In this document: positions 39,160 through 50,258 of the stretch, piece by piece | Layout: each line of letters opens with the position of its first letter | Position numbering within the stretch: position 1 is the stretch's first letter | Source of the DNA: Azolla caroliniana | Lineage: Eukaryota > Plantae > Polypodiophyta | Assembly: GCA_043228905.1 (NCBI GenBank) | Contig: JBHGNT010000003.1 | Coordinates: forward strand, 20,584,001-20,648,000 | DNA length: 64,000 nt | Reading direction: 5' to 3' | The notes under the pieces: generated by a model | Told to the model about the DNA's origin: nothing | Databases searched by the model: none | Seen by the model: only the letters and a program-made list of their open reading frames with translations | Program-made: the position numbers and the translations under genes

Positions 39160-42100
39160 TTACACATCCGTAGGTCCCTTCGGACCCTGACCGTTTTCCT
39201 TACGGGTTGCCGTGTCTTCCTTTGTCTCTGCTACGGGTTCCCCGTCGTCTCTTTCTTCCGGATCGATCCGTACCGATCCCGGACAGGTTCCTGGTGTAGT
39301 GCCGGTGAGCTGCATAAACGGGTTCTTTGGCATCGGTCCTTTATAGGGTTTTAGTCGAAATCCGTTTACCCACTTGCCTAGTACTTCACCGGCAAGTGTC
39401 CCTATCTGATAGGACCCGTTGTATTCCCGTGTCAGCCAATACGGGCCTGTCCATCTGAACCGGAGTTTACCCGGCATTTTGCCCATCCTCGTTTGGAAGA
39501 CTAGAACCGGCTTTCCGATTTCGAACATCTTTTCGTTACCTTTTCGGTGACGGTCAACGAACGCTTTCCGTCGTCGTTGCTCCAGTTCCATGTGGAGGAT
39601 GCTGGCCAGCCGTTGCTCCTCCAGTTCGCATAGTGCTGCTAGCCGCATTTCCTCCGACTTCTTTTCATTCAGCCGTTCCCGTAGTTGGATCCGTAAGCTT
39701 GGTACCTGGAACTCGACCGGCATGACCGCTTCCAAGCCGAATGCTAACCGGAACGGTGTTGTCCGGATACTTGTTTTGTATGCCGTTCTGTACGCCCATA
39801 GCGCGCTATTGAGCTTTGTATCCCAGTCCGTCCGGTTTTCGTTGACGATTTTGCGGAGAATGTTCTGCAGCGTTTTGTTGGTGGATTCCGCCAACCCGTT
39901 CGCCTGTGGGTAGTACGGTGTGCTTCTTTTATGCACCACGGCATAGAACGTTGTTAAGCTTTCCACTACCTGGCCGAGGAAATGCCCTCCTTGGTCGTTG
40001 ATCAGTTCAATCGGACATCCATATCGGCACCAAATGTTTTCGTATAGGAATTTTGCTGTGGATGACGCGGTGTTGTCTCTCAGGGCCTTAGCTTCCACCC
40101 ATTTCGTGCAATAATCCGTTGCCACGATGACATAACGATTACCCGTTCTCATTGCCGGTGGCTTGAACGGTCCGACAAAATCCAACCCCCACTTCTGGAA
40201 TGGCTCTAGTGGAAGTACCGGTTGGTGTGGCATTCGTGCTTGCTCCGTAGGCTGGCCCATTCGTTGGCATAGGTCACATTCCTTAGCATACTTGACGGCG
40301 TCTTTTAACGTCGTGGGCCACCACAAGCCGCTCTGCCATACTTTCCTCGCCGTCGCTTCCCCGGCATAGTGTCCTCCGGCAACCCCACAGTGTGCTTCCC
40401 GTAAAATTACTTCTTTCTCGTCACTACGGACTGCCCGTCGCCATATTCCATCTGCTCCTTTGTGGTAGAGAGTGTCCCGTAACAGACAGAAATTGCGGCT
40501 CTGCACCGCCAGTCGTTTCCTCTCGTCCCGGTTCATTTCCTCCGGTGGCAGGCCCGTGCTTAGGAACTGGTGCATGTTTGTCAGCCATTTATCTTCTGAT
40601 GCCACCGTGTCGTCCGCTGCCGTTTCCGGGGTGATACGGAATAACTCCGCGTCCGGGAATTCATCCGCTACTCCGTCGCCTGGTTCTCCGGACTCTAACC
40701 GGCTCAGGTAGTCTGCTACGGCATGCTGGATACCGGGCCGGTGGAAAATCTCGAATTCGAACTCCTGCAACAGCAAGGTCCAACGGGCCAACTTACCGGT
40801 CAGGGACGCCTTGGAAACTAAGTAGAGGAGCGCCGAGTGATCCACATGGAAGGAGAACTTCCTTCCCAATAGGTAGTGACGAAACTTTGTGACACTGTAG
40901 ATCATGCCGAGGGCCTCCCGTTCCGTCGTTGAATAGTTCTTCTCCGCTTGGGACAGCTTCCGGCTGGCGTAATATACCGGCCGGTACCATTTGGGCTCCG
41001 TAAGCTGCATTAAGGCGCTGCCAATCGCGATGTCGGACGCGTCCACGAACACGTGAAATTCCTTGCTCCAATCCGGAGGCTGTACGACGGGTGCTTGCGA
41101 TAAAAGTACCTTCAGGGCATTGTATGCCTTATCCTCCGTCTCCGTCCATTGGAACGGTGTCCGATGTACCGCGGTGTGTAATGGTGTCGCCAAGTCCGCC
41201 AAGTGACGGAGCATCCGGCTATGCCACCGGATTTGTCCTAAAAATCGGCTTAGTGCTTTGGCCGTTTTCGGCGCCGGTGCCCCTAGTATGGCGTTTACTT
41301 TGTCCGGGTCGACCGCAATGCCCTCCTTACTTACGATGTGTCCCAGCAATATTCCACTTGAAACCCCAAAGATGCATTTTGCTGGGTTTAAGCTTAGCCG
41401 GTATAACCTGCACTTTTCAAGGCATAACCGTAGGTGCTGCAAATGGTCTTTTCCCCGGCTATAGACTGCAAAATCATCTAGGAAAACTTGCATGAAGGCA
41501 GGAATGTATTCGCCGAAGATCTCCATGATGATTCGCTGGAACGTTGCTGGTGCCGTTTTTAGGCCGAACATCATGACTTCGGCCACAAACACCCCCCATT
41601 CGGTGACGAACGCTGTCTTTTCCTGGTCGTCCGGGTGCATCCGGATTTGATTGTACCCGCTGAACCCGTCTAAAAAGCTATAAACTTCATGACCGGCGAC
41701 GGCATCCAGTACTCCGTCCGTGAACGGAAGAGGGAATGCATCCGTAATTGTGGCGGCATTTAGTTTCCTGTAATCAACACACACACGGATTTTACCGTTT
41801 TTCTTGGGGACGACGACGATGGGGCTCAGCCACGTCGCTTTCTTTACCGGCCGGATGAAGCCCACTCTTAGGAGTTTGTCGATTTCCTCTTTTACTTTGG
41901 CGGCGTAGTTGGGGTTCATTCGGTATCGTCGTTGCGCCACTGGTTTCGCGTCCTTGCCTAAGTGGATTTGATGCTGATATAATTGAGGGTCCAGCCCTCG
42001 CATGTCTTCGTATGACCAGGCGAATACGTCGCGAAACTCCGTAAGCAGTTTGATCATCGCCGCTTTATCTTCCGGCTTCATTTCTTTGGCGATGTGAACC

Positions 42101-44979
42101 GGCTTTGATTCGCCCTTGCTTCCTAGGTTCACTTCGTCGAGCTGGGATGCTTTTACCCGTTGGGAAACGGCCATTTCCCGTTCCAATGCTTCCTGTGCTT
42201 GCCGTAATTCCCGAATCGCATCTTTGTCTGGTTCGGCTTCGGTGTCGTCGTCCCGCTGCGGCAAGTATGCGGCTACGGCTTCAGCTACATCAATCTCGAA
42301 GAGTGGTACGATCCTCGGATGTTCCTCCAAGTACTGGGCTTCTTCGTCGTCTGCCAATCCTTCAAGCATGTTCACACATTCCGCATACAGCGGTGTGCAT
42401 TCCTTACCGTTGCTCGTCCGTGGTTGTGTCGGTACCCGGACCTTGGCTTTTCCGCGCCGGAAGGTAATCATATTTTTTCGCCAATTTTGCTTGATGTGTG
42501 CTGTTTTCAACCATGGTCTGCCCAGCAATAATGGGTACGCGCCTTGCGCCTGTAGCTGCAGCACGACAGCCGAGATGTGAAATGTGTGGCCTCCTATGGT
42601 GACTTCCAATTTCCGTATTAAGCCCGTCGGCCGCACCGAGCTCGTATCCGCCATCCGTAGCCAGAACGGGCATGGCTCCCATTCATGTATACCCAAGGCA
42701 TCACACGTACGGAGGCTTATTACGTTCACCCCGGAACCTCCATCGATTACGGTGCCGGGAAGTTCGTGCCCTTTGACAATAGCTGTAATCACCGGACTGC
42801 TAGTGTCCACTACCGTTGGTCCCTCCTCCGGGTTTGAGAAGAGGACTGGTGCCGGTGGGGCTATGCCGTCTGACATGCCCGTTTTTAGCCCTTCCGTAAA
42901 TCGCGGCACGAGCTGTAAGAGTCTTCCTAGCGGCAACGTGATCTGACATTCTTGCAGTGCTTGCCATGTCTCGTTTTCTGGGTGTCTACCGCCGGCACTC
43001 CCTATGCTATTTGCCTTTTGCCGTTCCGCGTCAGCGACGTTCTTTTCATTGGCTTCCTTCACCCATTCCGTCGCTTGTTTTCGTATGACCTCTTGTGTTT
43101 CCCACTCTTTGGCCATGCCCCTCGACCGTGTGGTTACTTGCTGTAAATCCGCCACTTCTGGAACCACCATATTAACTGCTGGTCGTTTCTCGTAGCTCTT
43201 TACCGGGCACTGGTTACTGTAGTGGCCTTCCTGCCTGCAGTAGTAGCAGTACTCTTTACGGGTATTGCTGGATTCAGCATTGCTGGTAGCCGGCGTTGGT
43301 CCCGTAGCGAGCGGTGCGTTCTGTGCCGGTTGGCTCCTTGGTGTTCCATGTTCCGGGTCCCTGGGGTGACCACCTTTCTTGAAATTACGTTTCTTATTAT
43401 TCTTATTCTTATTTCGGTAGTCCGGTCGTGGTGGATCGTAAAATCGGCCATAGTCCTCCTGGTGCCGTCGGTAACTAGGCGAATGGTCTCTGTCGTATTG
43501 CTCGTGTCGTCTGTTGGGCTCCCGATAACGGTCCGATCGCTCGTACCGGTCGTAGTTATCACGCCGATTCCCGTACCGGCCATCATTCTCTTGCCTGTCT
43601 CCGTACCGGACATCTTGTGCCGGTGGGTACCGGTTCCCTCTTTGCCAACAATCGTCATCTTCGTCTCGGCTGCTTCTTGGCTCGATCCGTCGGACGGGTG
43701 GTGCTTGTCGATTTAACAGGTTGTACTCGCACCGGTCCGTTGTATGACTCTTGGATTGACAAATCACACACTGAGTGCGCATGGTGCACTCTACTGCCGA
43801 GTGTCCGGCATTCAAGCAGATTGTGCATTGAATTGCCTGCCGGAACCGGAGATCTTCCTCGGTGGGTAACGCCCGTTGTAGTGTTCCCAGCGTAAGCCAT
43901 GAGCTTGTCTTTTCCATTTCCCTGACCCGGTCAATGACCTGATCGATGGTGCATCCTCGAAAGTCGATCACCGTACACACCGTGCGTAACGGTTCCCGGA
44001 GTGCGTTTAAAAATATCGTCCGTAATTCCTCCTCCGGGGGTGCACGAGCAAGCTGGCTATGCATCCGTTGGAAACGGATGACGAATTGGGGAATGCTTTC
44101 CCCTGCCTCCTGCCGGATCGTATAAAACAGGCCCACCATTGTCATCTGGTCGACTTCCTTGTGGAAAAAATGCAAGAATTTTGCTTTTAATTCTGCAAAT
44201 GTTGTGATGGTCGCCGGGTCCTGCGACCGCCGCCATCGTGTCGCTGGTCCCTCCAACGTGACTCCGAATTCCGCTATCTTCGAGCGTTCTTCTTCCTCCG
44301 GTGTCATTCGCTGGGACGTGTGATTTGCTTCCCATGTCTGCTCGAAGTCATCCACATGCGCTTCCGCATCCGGATCATCGCGGTACTTTGAATATTGGAA
44401 CGGCATGTCGTCGTCCAGTATTAAGCCGCGGTTTAGTGGCGTTTGTTGATATTTTTCCGGTTCTTTCTCCGGTTCCACTTCCGGTACCTTTGCCGGTCCG
44501 TTCGTCGGTGTTGGTGGCTTTGCTTCTTCCACTTCCGGTGTTGGTGGGTTGACGGCTTCCGTTTGCGGTTCCGGATAGCCCTGGTTGAGCGGTTCCGGTT
44601 CTGGAGTCGGCACGGTATCCGACCCGTCGTCTTCCGGGCCGCCGGGGGTATCGTTGCTGCTCCGGTAGTTCGTGTGCACGCTGTATCCCCCTTCGGAATC
44701 TGATTCGTAGGCTGAAAAGGCTTCTGCCTCGTTTTCTCCGCTTGCCAGCGCCTCCAGGAGTCGTTCGGTTTCCCGGAGACTACTTAGACTGCTTCCGTCG
44801 TCCTGGTTGCGAGTTTGCCGTAACCGGAGAGATTCCTCCGCGACTCTCCGGATCTCGTTGGAGAACGAACGATCCGAGCGAATTTCCTGCGCTGCTTGCT
44901 GGAAAGTCTCACGCCGTCTTTGCCGTTCGGCGATGCGTCGAGCTCGGTCTGTAACCAAGTCGTGCGTTGGTCTAGTCAT
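39160..44979 (-). CDS. Gypsy-1 gag-pol polyprotein (1939 aa)
   Basis: Gag with three CCHC-type knuckles, PR (IDGGSG), RT (FLDGFSGYNQI, FLDDF), RNaseH (FVDASD, YSTTERE), IN (H-H-C-C, WGLDFVGP, GPY..VNGFRLKPY). No chromodomain; uninterrupted. Confidence 0.96.
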   Translation of the reverse strand: MTRPTHDLVTDRARRIAERQRRRETFQQAAQEIRSDRSFSNEIRRVAEESLRLRQTRNQDDGSSLSSLRETERLLEALASGENEAEAFSAYESDSEGGYSVHTNYRSSNDTPGGPEDDGSDTVPTPEPEPLNQGYPEPQTEAVNPPTPEVEEAKPPTPTNGPAKVPEVEPEKEPEKYQQTPLNRGLILDDDMPFQYSKYRDDPDAEAHVDDFEQTWEANHTSQRMTPEEEERSKIAEFGVTLEGPATRWRRSQDPATITTFAELKAKFLHFFHKEVDQMTMVGLFYTIRQEAGESIPQFVIRFQRMHSQLARAPPEEELRTIFLNALREPLRTVCTVIDFRGCTIDQVIDRVREMEKTSSWLTLGTLQRALPTEEDLRFRQAIQCTICLNAGHSAVECTMRTQCVICQSKSHTTDRCEYNLLNRQAPPVRRIEPRSSRDEDDDCWQRGNRYPPAQDVRYGDRQENDGRYGNRRDNYDRYERSDRYREPNRRHEQYDRDHSPSYRRHQEDYGRFYDPPRPDYRNKNKNNKKRNFKKGGHPRDPEHGTPRSQPAQNAPLATGPTPATSNAESSNTRKEYCYYCRQEGHYSNQCPVKSYEKRPAVNMVVPEVADLQQVTTRSRGMAKEWETQEVIRKQATEWVKEANEKNVADAERQKANSIGSAGGRHPENETWQALQECQITLPLGRLLQLVPRFTEGLKTGMSDGIAPPAPVLFSNPEEGPTVVDTSSPVITAIVKGHELPGTVIDGGSGVNVISLRTCDALGIHEWEPCPFWLRMADTSSVRPTGLIRKLEVTIGGHTFHISAVVLQLQAQGAYPLLLGRPWLKTAHIKQNWRKNMITFRRGKAKVRVPTQPRTSNGKECTPLYAECVNMLEGLADDEEAQYLEEHPRIVPLFEIDVAEAVAAYLPQRDDDTEAEPDKDAIRELRQAQEALEREMAVSQRVKASQLDEVNLGSKGESKPVHIAKEMKPEDKAAMIKLLTEFRDVFAWSYEDMRGLDPQLYQHQIHLGKDAKPVAQRRYRMNPNYAAKVKEEIDKLLRVGFIRPVKKATWLSPIVVVPKKNGKIRVCVDYRKLNAATITDAFPLPFTDGVLDAVAGHEVYSFLDGFSGYNQIRMHPDDQEKTAFVTEWGVFVAEVMMFGLKTAPATFQRIIMEIFGEYIPAFMQVFLDDFAVYSRGKDHLQHLRLCLEKCRLYRLSLNPAKCIFGVSSGILLGHIVSKEGIAVDPDKVNAILGAPAPKTAKALSRFLGQIRWHSRMLRHLADLATPLHTAVHRTPFQWTETEDKAYNALKVLLSQAPVVQPPDWSKEFHVFVDASDIAIGSALMQLTEPKWYRPVYYASRKLSQAEKNYSTTEREALGMIYSVTKFRHYLLGRKFSFHVDHSALLYLVSKASLTGKLARWTLLLQEFEFEIFHRPGIQHAVADYLSRLESGEPGDGVADEFPDAELFRITPETAADDTVASEDKWLTNMHQFLSTGLPPEEMNRDERKRLAVQSRNFCLLRDTLYHKGADGIWRRAVRSDEKEVILREAHCGVAGGHYAGEATARKVWQSGLWWPTTLKDAVKYAKECDLCQRMGQPTEQARMPHQPVLPLEPFQKWGLDFVGPFKPPAMRTGNRYVIVATDYCTKWVEAKALRDNTASSTAKFLYENIWCRYGCPIELINDQGGHFLGQVVESLTTFYAVVHKRSTPYYPQANGLAESTNKTLQNILRKIVNENRTDWDTKLNSALWAYRTAYKTSIRTTPFRLAFGLEAVMPVEFQVPSLRIQLRERLNEKKSEEMRLAALCELEEQRLASILHMELEQRRRKAFVDRHRKGNEKMFEIGKPVLVFQTRMGKMPGKLRFRWTGPYWLTREYNGSYQIGTLAGEVLGKWVNGFRLKPYKGPMPKNPFMQLTGTTPGTCPGSVRIDPEERDDGEPVAETKEDTATRKENGQGPKGPTDV

Positions 44980-47900
44980 CCATTACCGTCGTTCGCTGCG
45001 AGTAAGCAGGAATCGTGGTCGCCAAAACTGTGTTATTCGCTTAGCCGGACAAGGCCTAACACAAGGTGTCACGGAGACACTTCACCAAAGGGTGATTACG
45101 GCATAGGATTAAGATTCAACGATTACACCGACTTACGTAGGTTACACGATTAGATTGCTTGGTTAATTACACGCGTAAGATATAACAGTGATTACAGAAC
45201 GGAAATCAAGACAGAAGTACAAACATCATAAGCTCTATTAATTATCCGCTGTCATTACAATAGGGTCCGGGCCTTTAAATAGGTTTCCGGCCCGTAGTAC
45301 AAAACGGTGCCCCTCGCACCTATTCGGGATCCGTCCGGATCTGGAACGGCATACCGTTTCCAGTCCGTCCGTCCACACTATCCTCATTTACAACCATATA
45401 TAATTAATTCCGTATTTTGGACTCCTTGCCGGCCGGTAACATTTCTTCTTCTTCTCTCTTCTTCGAATGACGCAGGAAACCGAATGTTGTGCAAGCTGAG
45501 ACGACGGCCGACAGCGGATTGAAGGACCGAATGCTGTGCAAGTCGCTCTGATACCAGATGTTGTAGACGAAGTCGTCTGTGCGGAAGATCAAGAAGCATT
45601 CGATTTCTTCTGAGTACCTGCGTATGACAGATTGTAGGTCGTGCACAGAGAGAGAGAGAGAGAGACACAAAAGACTTTCTTATTTCACAAAGAGACAATA
45701 CAACAACCAACCTCACAAAAAGGTTACAAGGTCACTATATATAGTGACCGACTTAGGGCAACTACCCTTTATGCTAATTACATAAATGGCCAAAACAGGA
45801 TAGTGTGAATACGTCCATTATACACATGTATTCGACACTCCTCCATGAGAGGAAACTACTTCCCATTGAGATCATGGCCATGGAAATGAGAGTACGAGTG
45901 CTAGGTGCGGAAACATGTGTGGATTTGTAGTCGGTACTGGACAACAAACAACACATACAGAAAATACAATAGGCGTGGAGACTTACACAGATGAAGATTT
46001 AATGGAAAGCTTCTTATTACTTTGTTCTTTCTCAGAGATCCAATACTCTGCTCGTCATCACTCATTACAATGTTAGGTATTTGCTTATATACTAAGCTCT
46101 AACTTATTAACGAGTTCACACTCGGACGAATACAATTTGGAAGGAGTCGGCCTTTTATGCCAACAAACTCCCCCGTAAAAGGACTACTCTTTCTTGCATG
46201 TACAAGTGCTTTGGGTTATCTCCCCCGTAAACCTAGATTACAAATTTAACTAGATCTTATGTTACAAGTTTGTCGTCACGTAGCCGAGTCGGCACATGTA
46301 TAATGTGAGTGACGGTCAGCTCTTACCTTCGGCTCCTCGTTCGGCTTTCTTCTGTTGGTCACTTGTCGTAGCCCCAACTTCGTCCTTAGCGTTCCGAACC
46401 ATTGATCTGGGAGTGGCTTCGTCACACAATCGACGATGTTCACCTCGGTGTCGATCTTCCAAACTTCGAGTTTCTTCTCGGTCACCAGCTCCCGAATATG
46501 ATGATACCGCACCTCAATGTGCTTTGTCTTCGCATGGTAGCCGGGATTGTTGATGAGGTGTATTGCACTCCGTGAGTCGCAATAGATAGTTGGCGTTGGT
46601 TGGTCTATTCGGTTTGCAGTTCCGAAGTCCACAGTCAGTCGGTACAGCCAGATCGCTTCCTTTGTTGCCTCTGATGCTGCTATATACTCGACTTCTGTGG
46701 TAGACAGAGTCGTGCACTCTTGAAGTTTCGACCTCCATCATATCACACCGCCACCATAGGTGAATATGCAGCCTGATGTCGATGCCTTCGATTTCGGATG
46801 AGATTGTCAGTCTGAATGTCAGCTGTGCATTTGTGGTTCCTTTTAGATACCTAAGGATGTGCTTGACGGCCTCCTAGTGCTTCTTTCCTGGGTTTGACAT
46901 TTACCGACTCACCACCCCTACGGCATAGGCTAGGTCAGGTCGGGTCGCCACCATTGCGTACATGATACTTCCTACTGGCAATGCCTAGGGTATTTTTCCA
47001 TTAAGCTCTCTCTCCTTGTCCGTTGCAGGAGAGTCTCTATCCGATAGTTTGATCGACGTCGGAAGCGGTGTTGGTGTTGGCTTCGCTTCGCGTTCTCCAT
47101 GTTGAAGCGCTTCAGCACCTTGCGGATGTATTCGAATAGGGAGAGTCAAAGAGCTTTGGTCGTCCGATTTTGCTCTATCCTTATACCCATTATGTGTCGG
47201 GCTTGTCCTAGTTGCTTCATCGCGAACTTTGCGTGAAGGCTCCGCTTCAGCTGACCGATTTGTGCTTGGTTCTCCCTGCAATCAACATGTCATCACGTAT
47301 AGGATTAGATGGATCCTTGACTCGTCGGCCAGTTGCCGAACATACATGCATGGGTTGGAGTCTGATCTGTTGTATCCAAGCTACCGTATGTAGGAGTCAA
47401 ACTTCTGGTACCACATTCTCGACACTTGTTTTAGGCCATATAGACTTTACTTTAGTCGACATACGAGGTGACTGTCCTCCTCCGTCGTCGTGATGCCTGT
47501 CGGTTGAGACATGTATATGTCTTCTTCCAGATCTCCGTGTAGGAATGCCTTCTTTACATCCATCTACTCGAGCTGTAGATCTTCTGTCGCCATGACTCCT
47601 AGTAGGAGTCGGAGGGTGGTCATCTTGACTACTGGTGAGAATATCTCGTCGTAGTCGACCCCATATTCCTGTTTGAATCCTTTCACGACAAGCCGAGCTT
47701 TGTACTTGGGTTTCTCTGAGTCGGATACATACTTGTATCGGAAAACCCATTTGCAAGGTAGCGGCTTCCTTCTAGTTGGTAGTTCAACCAGCTCCCATGT
47801 CTAAGTCTAATGAATCGAGTCCATTTCGGATTTCATGTTTCGGCGTCCAGTGTGGCCATAGCTTCTTCATACGTGCTTGGTTCGCTTGCATCCGTGTAGT

Positions 47901-50258
47901 TGACATGGTCGAGGCCTGATTGATAAAACTCTGTTGTCCTTCGAGCTCGTCCAGATCTCCTGGGTGCCGTAATATCTGGTTCGGATCCTTCGATCGGTAT
48001 TTGTTGGACCATTTGTGTCAGAACTCTTGTTAGGTGTCCCGCCCTTGTGTTTGGTTGTTCTCCCCGATGGTTGTTGTCGACTGGATTCTGACTGGCCTCT
48101 TAGCGACTATGCCTTTGTCGACTCTTGTCGATTCGGTTGTGTCTTTGATTGCTTGGTCTTTGAGTTCGACGTTAGGACTTGTTGCCGATTCAGTGTCGGC
48201 AAGGAAGTTGGCAGTTTGTTGGAGTTTGACTGTTTGTCGAGTCTCCGATTCGGCCCGTTGGGTCGGTCCTTCTACGACATTGCTGTCCTCTTTGAAGGAT
48301 AGCTTCTTACCTACTGTTTTCTGTTGGTTCCGTTGAGAGAAGATAGAGTCTTCATTGAAGACTATGTTGCTTCTCTGGATCAATTTCCGGTTCTCAGGGT
48401 CCCATAGCCGGTAGTCGAAGTCCCCATTGATTCCATAACCGAGAAATATGCAGTTTGTATCATGGGGTGCCAACTTCGTCCTTTTGTCCCTGGTATGAAC
48501 ACGTAGGCTTCGCATCCGAATATACGAAGCCTATTGTAGGTCGTCTATTTGCCTAATCATAGCGCATGTGGCACTTCGAGCCTGTAATGGCTTAGCCTAG
48601 AATTCCAACTTCAGTCTGGCTTGCTGGAGCATTATCATCACCCTCTCCTGGGTCATTCGGTTGATCCGTTCAACCACCCCATTCTGCATAGGTGTGTAAG
48701 GAACGATCTTTTGGTGCCGGATCCCTTTTTCGGACAAGTCCTGTTTGAAGGCTCTAGAGGTTTACTCACCGCCGTTGTCGGATCGGAGTGTCTTCACTCT
48801 ATGTCTCGACCGGTTCTCCACTTCAGATATCCATTGAGTGAACACCTCGAGCGCTTCATCTTTGGACTTGATGGAGTATGCCCAAACTTTCCGTGTATAG
48901 TCATCAACAAATGTGATGAAGTACTGGGAGCCTCGTAGTGATCGCTTTGGCATGGGCCCACATATGTCTGTGTGCACGAGCTCTACTGGTTGTCGTACTG
49001 TCTCGTAGTGGAGAGAGTGTGGACTTCGGGTCTGTTGCCCATATCGACCAGGCTCGCAGAAGTCCGTCTTTGCTTGGAGTTTCGGGATGTAGCCGACCGA
49101 CATCAGCCGATCAAGTTCGGCTTGAAACATTTGGCCGAGTTGGCCATGCCATAAGTTTGGGTCGGTTTTCGTTCACGGCCCCTTCAAGGTTGATCACCAT
49201 CAATGGGTATAGATTATTATACTTATGCCCACTACCGATTTGGAGGTTTCTTCGGCTAATCACCCGTGTCAACTCATGTAGAGTCCTTCGATACCCGTCT
49301 TCGGCTAAGATGTCGATGGAGACCAGACTCCTCTTTAGATCGGGTACGTGCCTAACTCGGTGCAAGGTTATTGTGTTGCCATTTGGCAATCTAATGGGAA
49401 CCTCCCCGGTTCCGGCTATCTTGCACTCCTGCTCGTTTCCCAGGTGGACTATGCCGCTGGCGTCGGCTAAATAGTTCGAGAACCATTCAACGTTAGGGGT
49501 CACGTGAAATGTGGCACCAGAGTCTAGTAGCCACGTGTGTGCAACTTGTGCACTGTAGAGGACTTCTCCTATCATCAAATCCTCTAGGGAGAGGATTTCT
49601 CCGGGTCGGGTGTCGGCAACATTGATCTGGTTGCCGATTGGAGAGTGGTCCGAGTCGGAACGTCCCCGATTCCACTCGAATCGCCGACCACTCTCTTTTC
49701 TTTTTATTGACCAACAGTCGAAAACATTGTGGGCAGCTTTCTTGCAGCGTGTGCAATACTCACTTGTTCGACCCGTTCTCGACTTCGACCGTTGCAGGTC
49801 ACCCCTTGTTTTTGATCGGCTGTAGCGCTGATCGGTTCTGTCGCCTTGTTCTTTCTTTCGACTCTGTCGGTCGAACGACTCGGTCGAGTGATGGGCTTTT
49901 GCTAACTCATCGATGGTTAGTCCCATTGATTTTCACTTGATGGTTTCGTCCAGATTTAGGATCGGTTGGCTATTGGCGTATGTCGTATAGAATACCTCCA
50001 AGCTCGTTGGCAAGCTCAATAGGAGGGCAAGGGCTTTCACTTCTTCTTCAAAGTTGATCCCTTGTGACGAGAGCTCTGACAACACCTGACTGAAGGTGTT
50101 GATGTGGGAGGTTGCCGGATCGGTCTCTCTCATCTTCATGTTGAACAATTGTTTGATCAAGATCAGTTTCAAAGATGAGGACTTCTTCTCATAGACGACA
50201 TGTAGGTTCTCCCACAATGAGAACATTGTCGTCTCTTTCGCCATGTTGAAATAGACGT

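Larger units (their letters stand above)
35627..45441 (-). mobile_element. Intact non-chromovirus Ty3/gypsy element (Gypsy-1) with extra ORF, nested in the Copia-2 5' UTR
   Basis: 411-bp LTRs at 35627-36037 and 45031-45441 (appear identical, TG..CA), TSD TTTCT, PBS TGGCGACCAC 6 nt inside the 5' LTR. Confidence 0.97.
30726..45837 (-). mobile_element. Ty1/copia element (Copia-2, Tnt1/Tork-like), full-length boundaries, hosts the nested gypsy
   Basis: 279-bp LTRs at 30726-31004 and 45559-45837 (appear identical), TSD CTCCT, PBS TGGTATCAGAGC (45545-45556), PPT ACGGGGGAG (31005-31013). Confidence 0.96.

Noticed and set aside
39590-45153. Many short antisense ORFs over the gypsy and copia polyproteins
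   Set aside because: Shadow ORFs of GC-rich coding sequence with no independent motifs.
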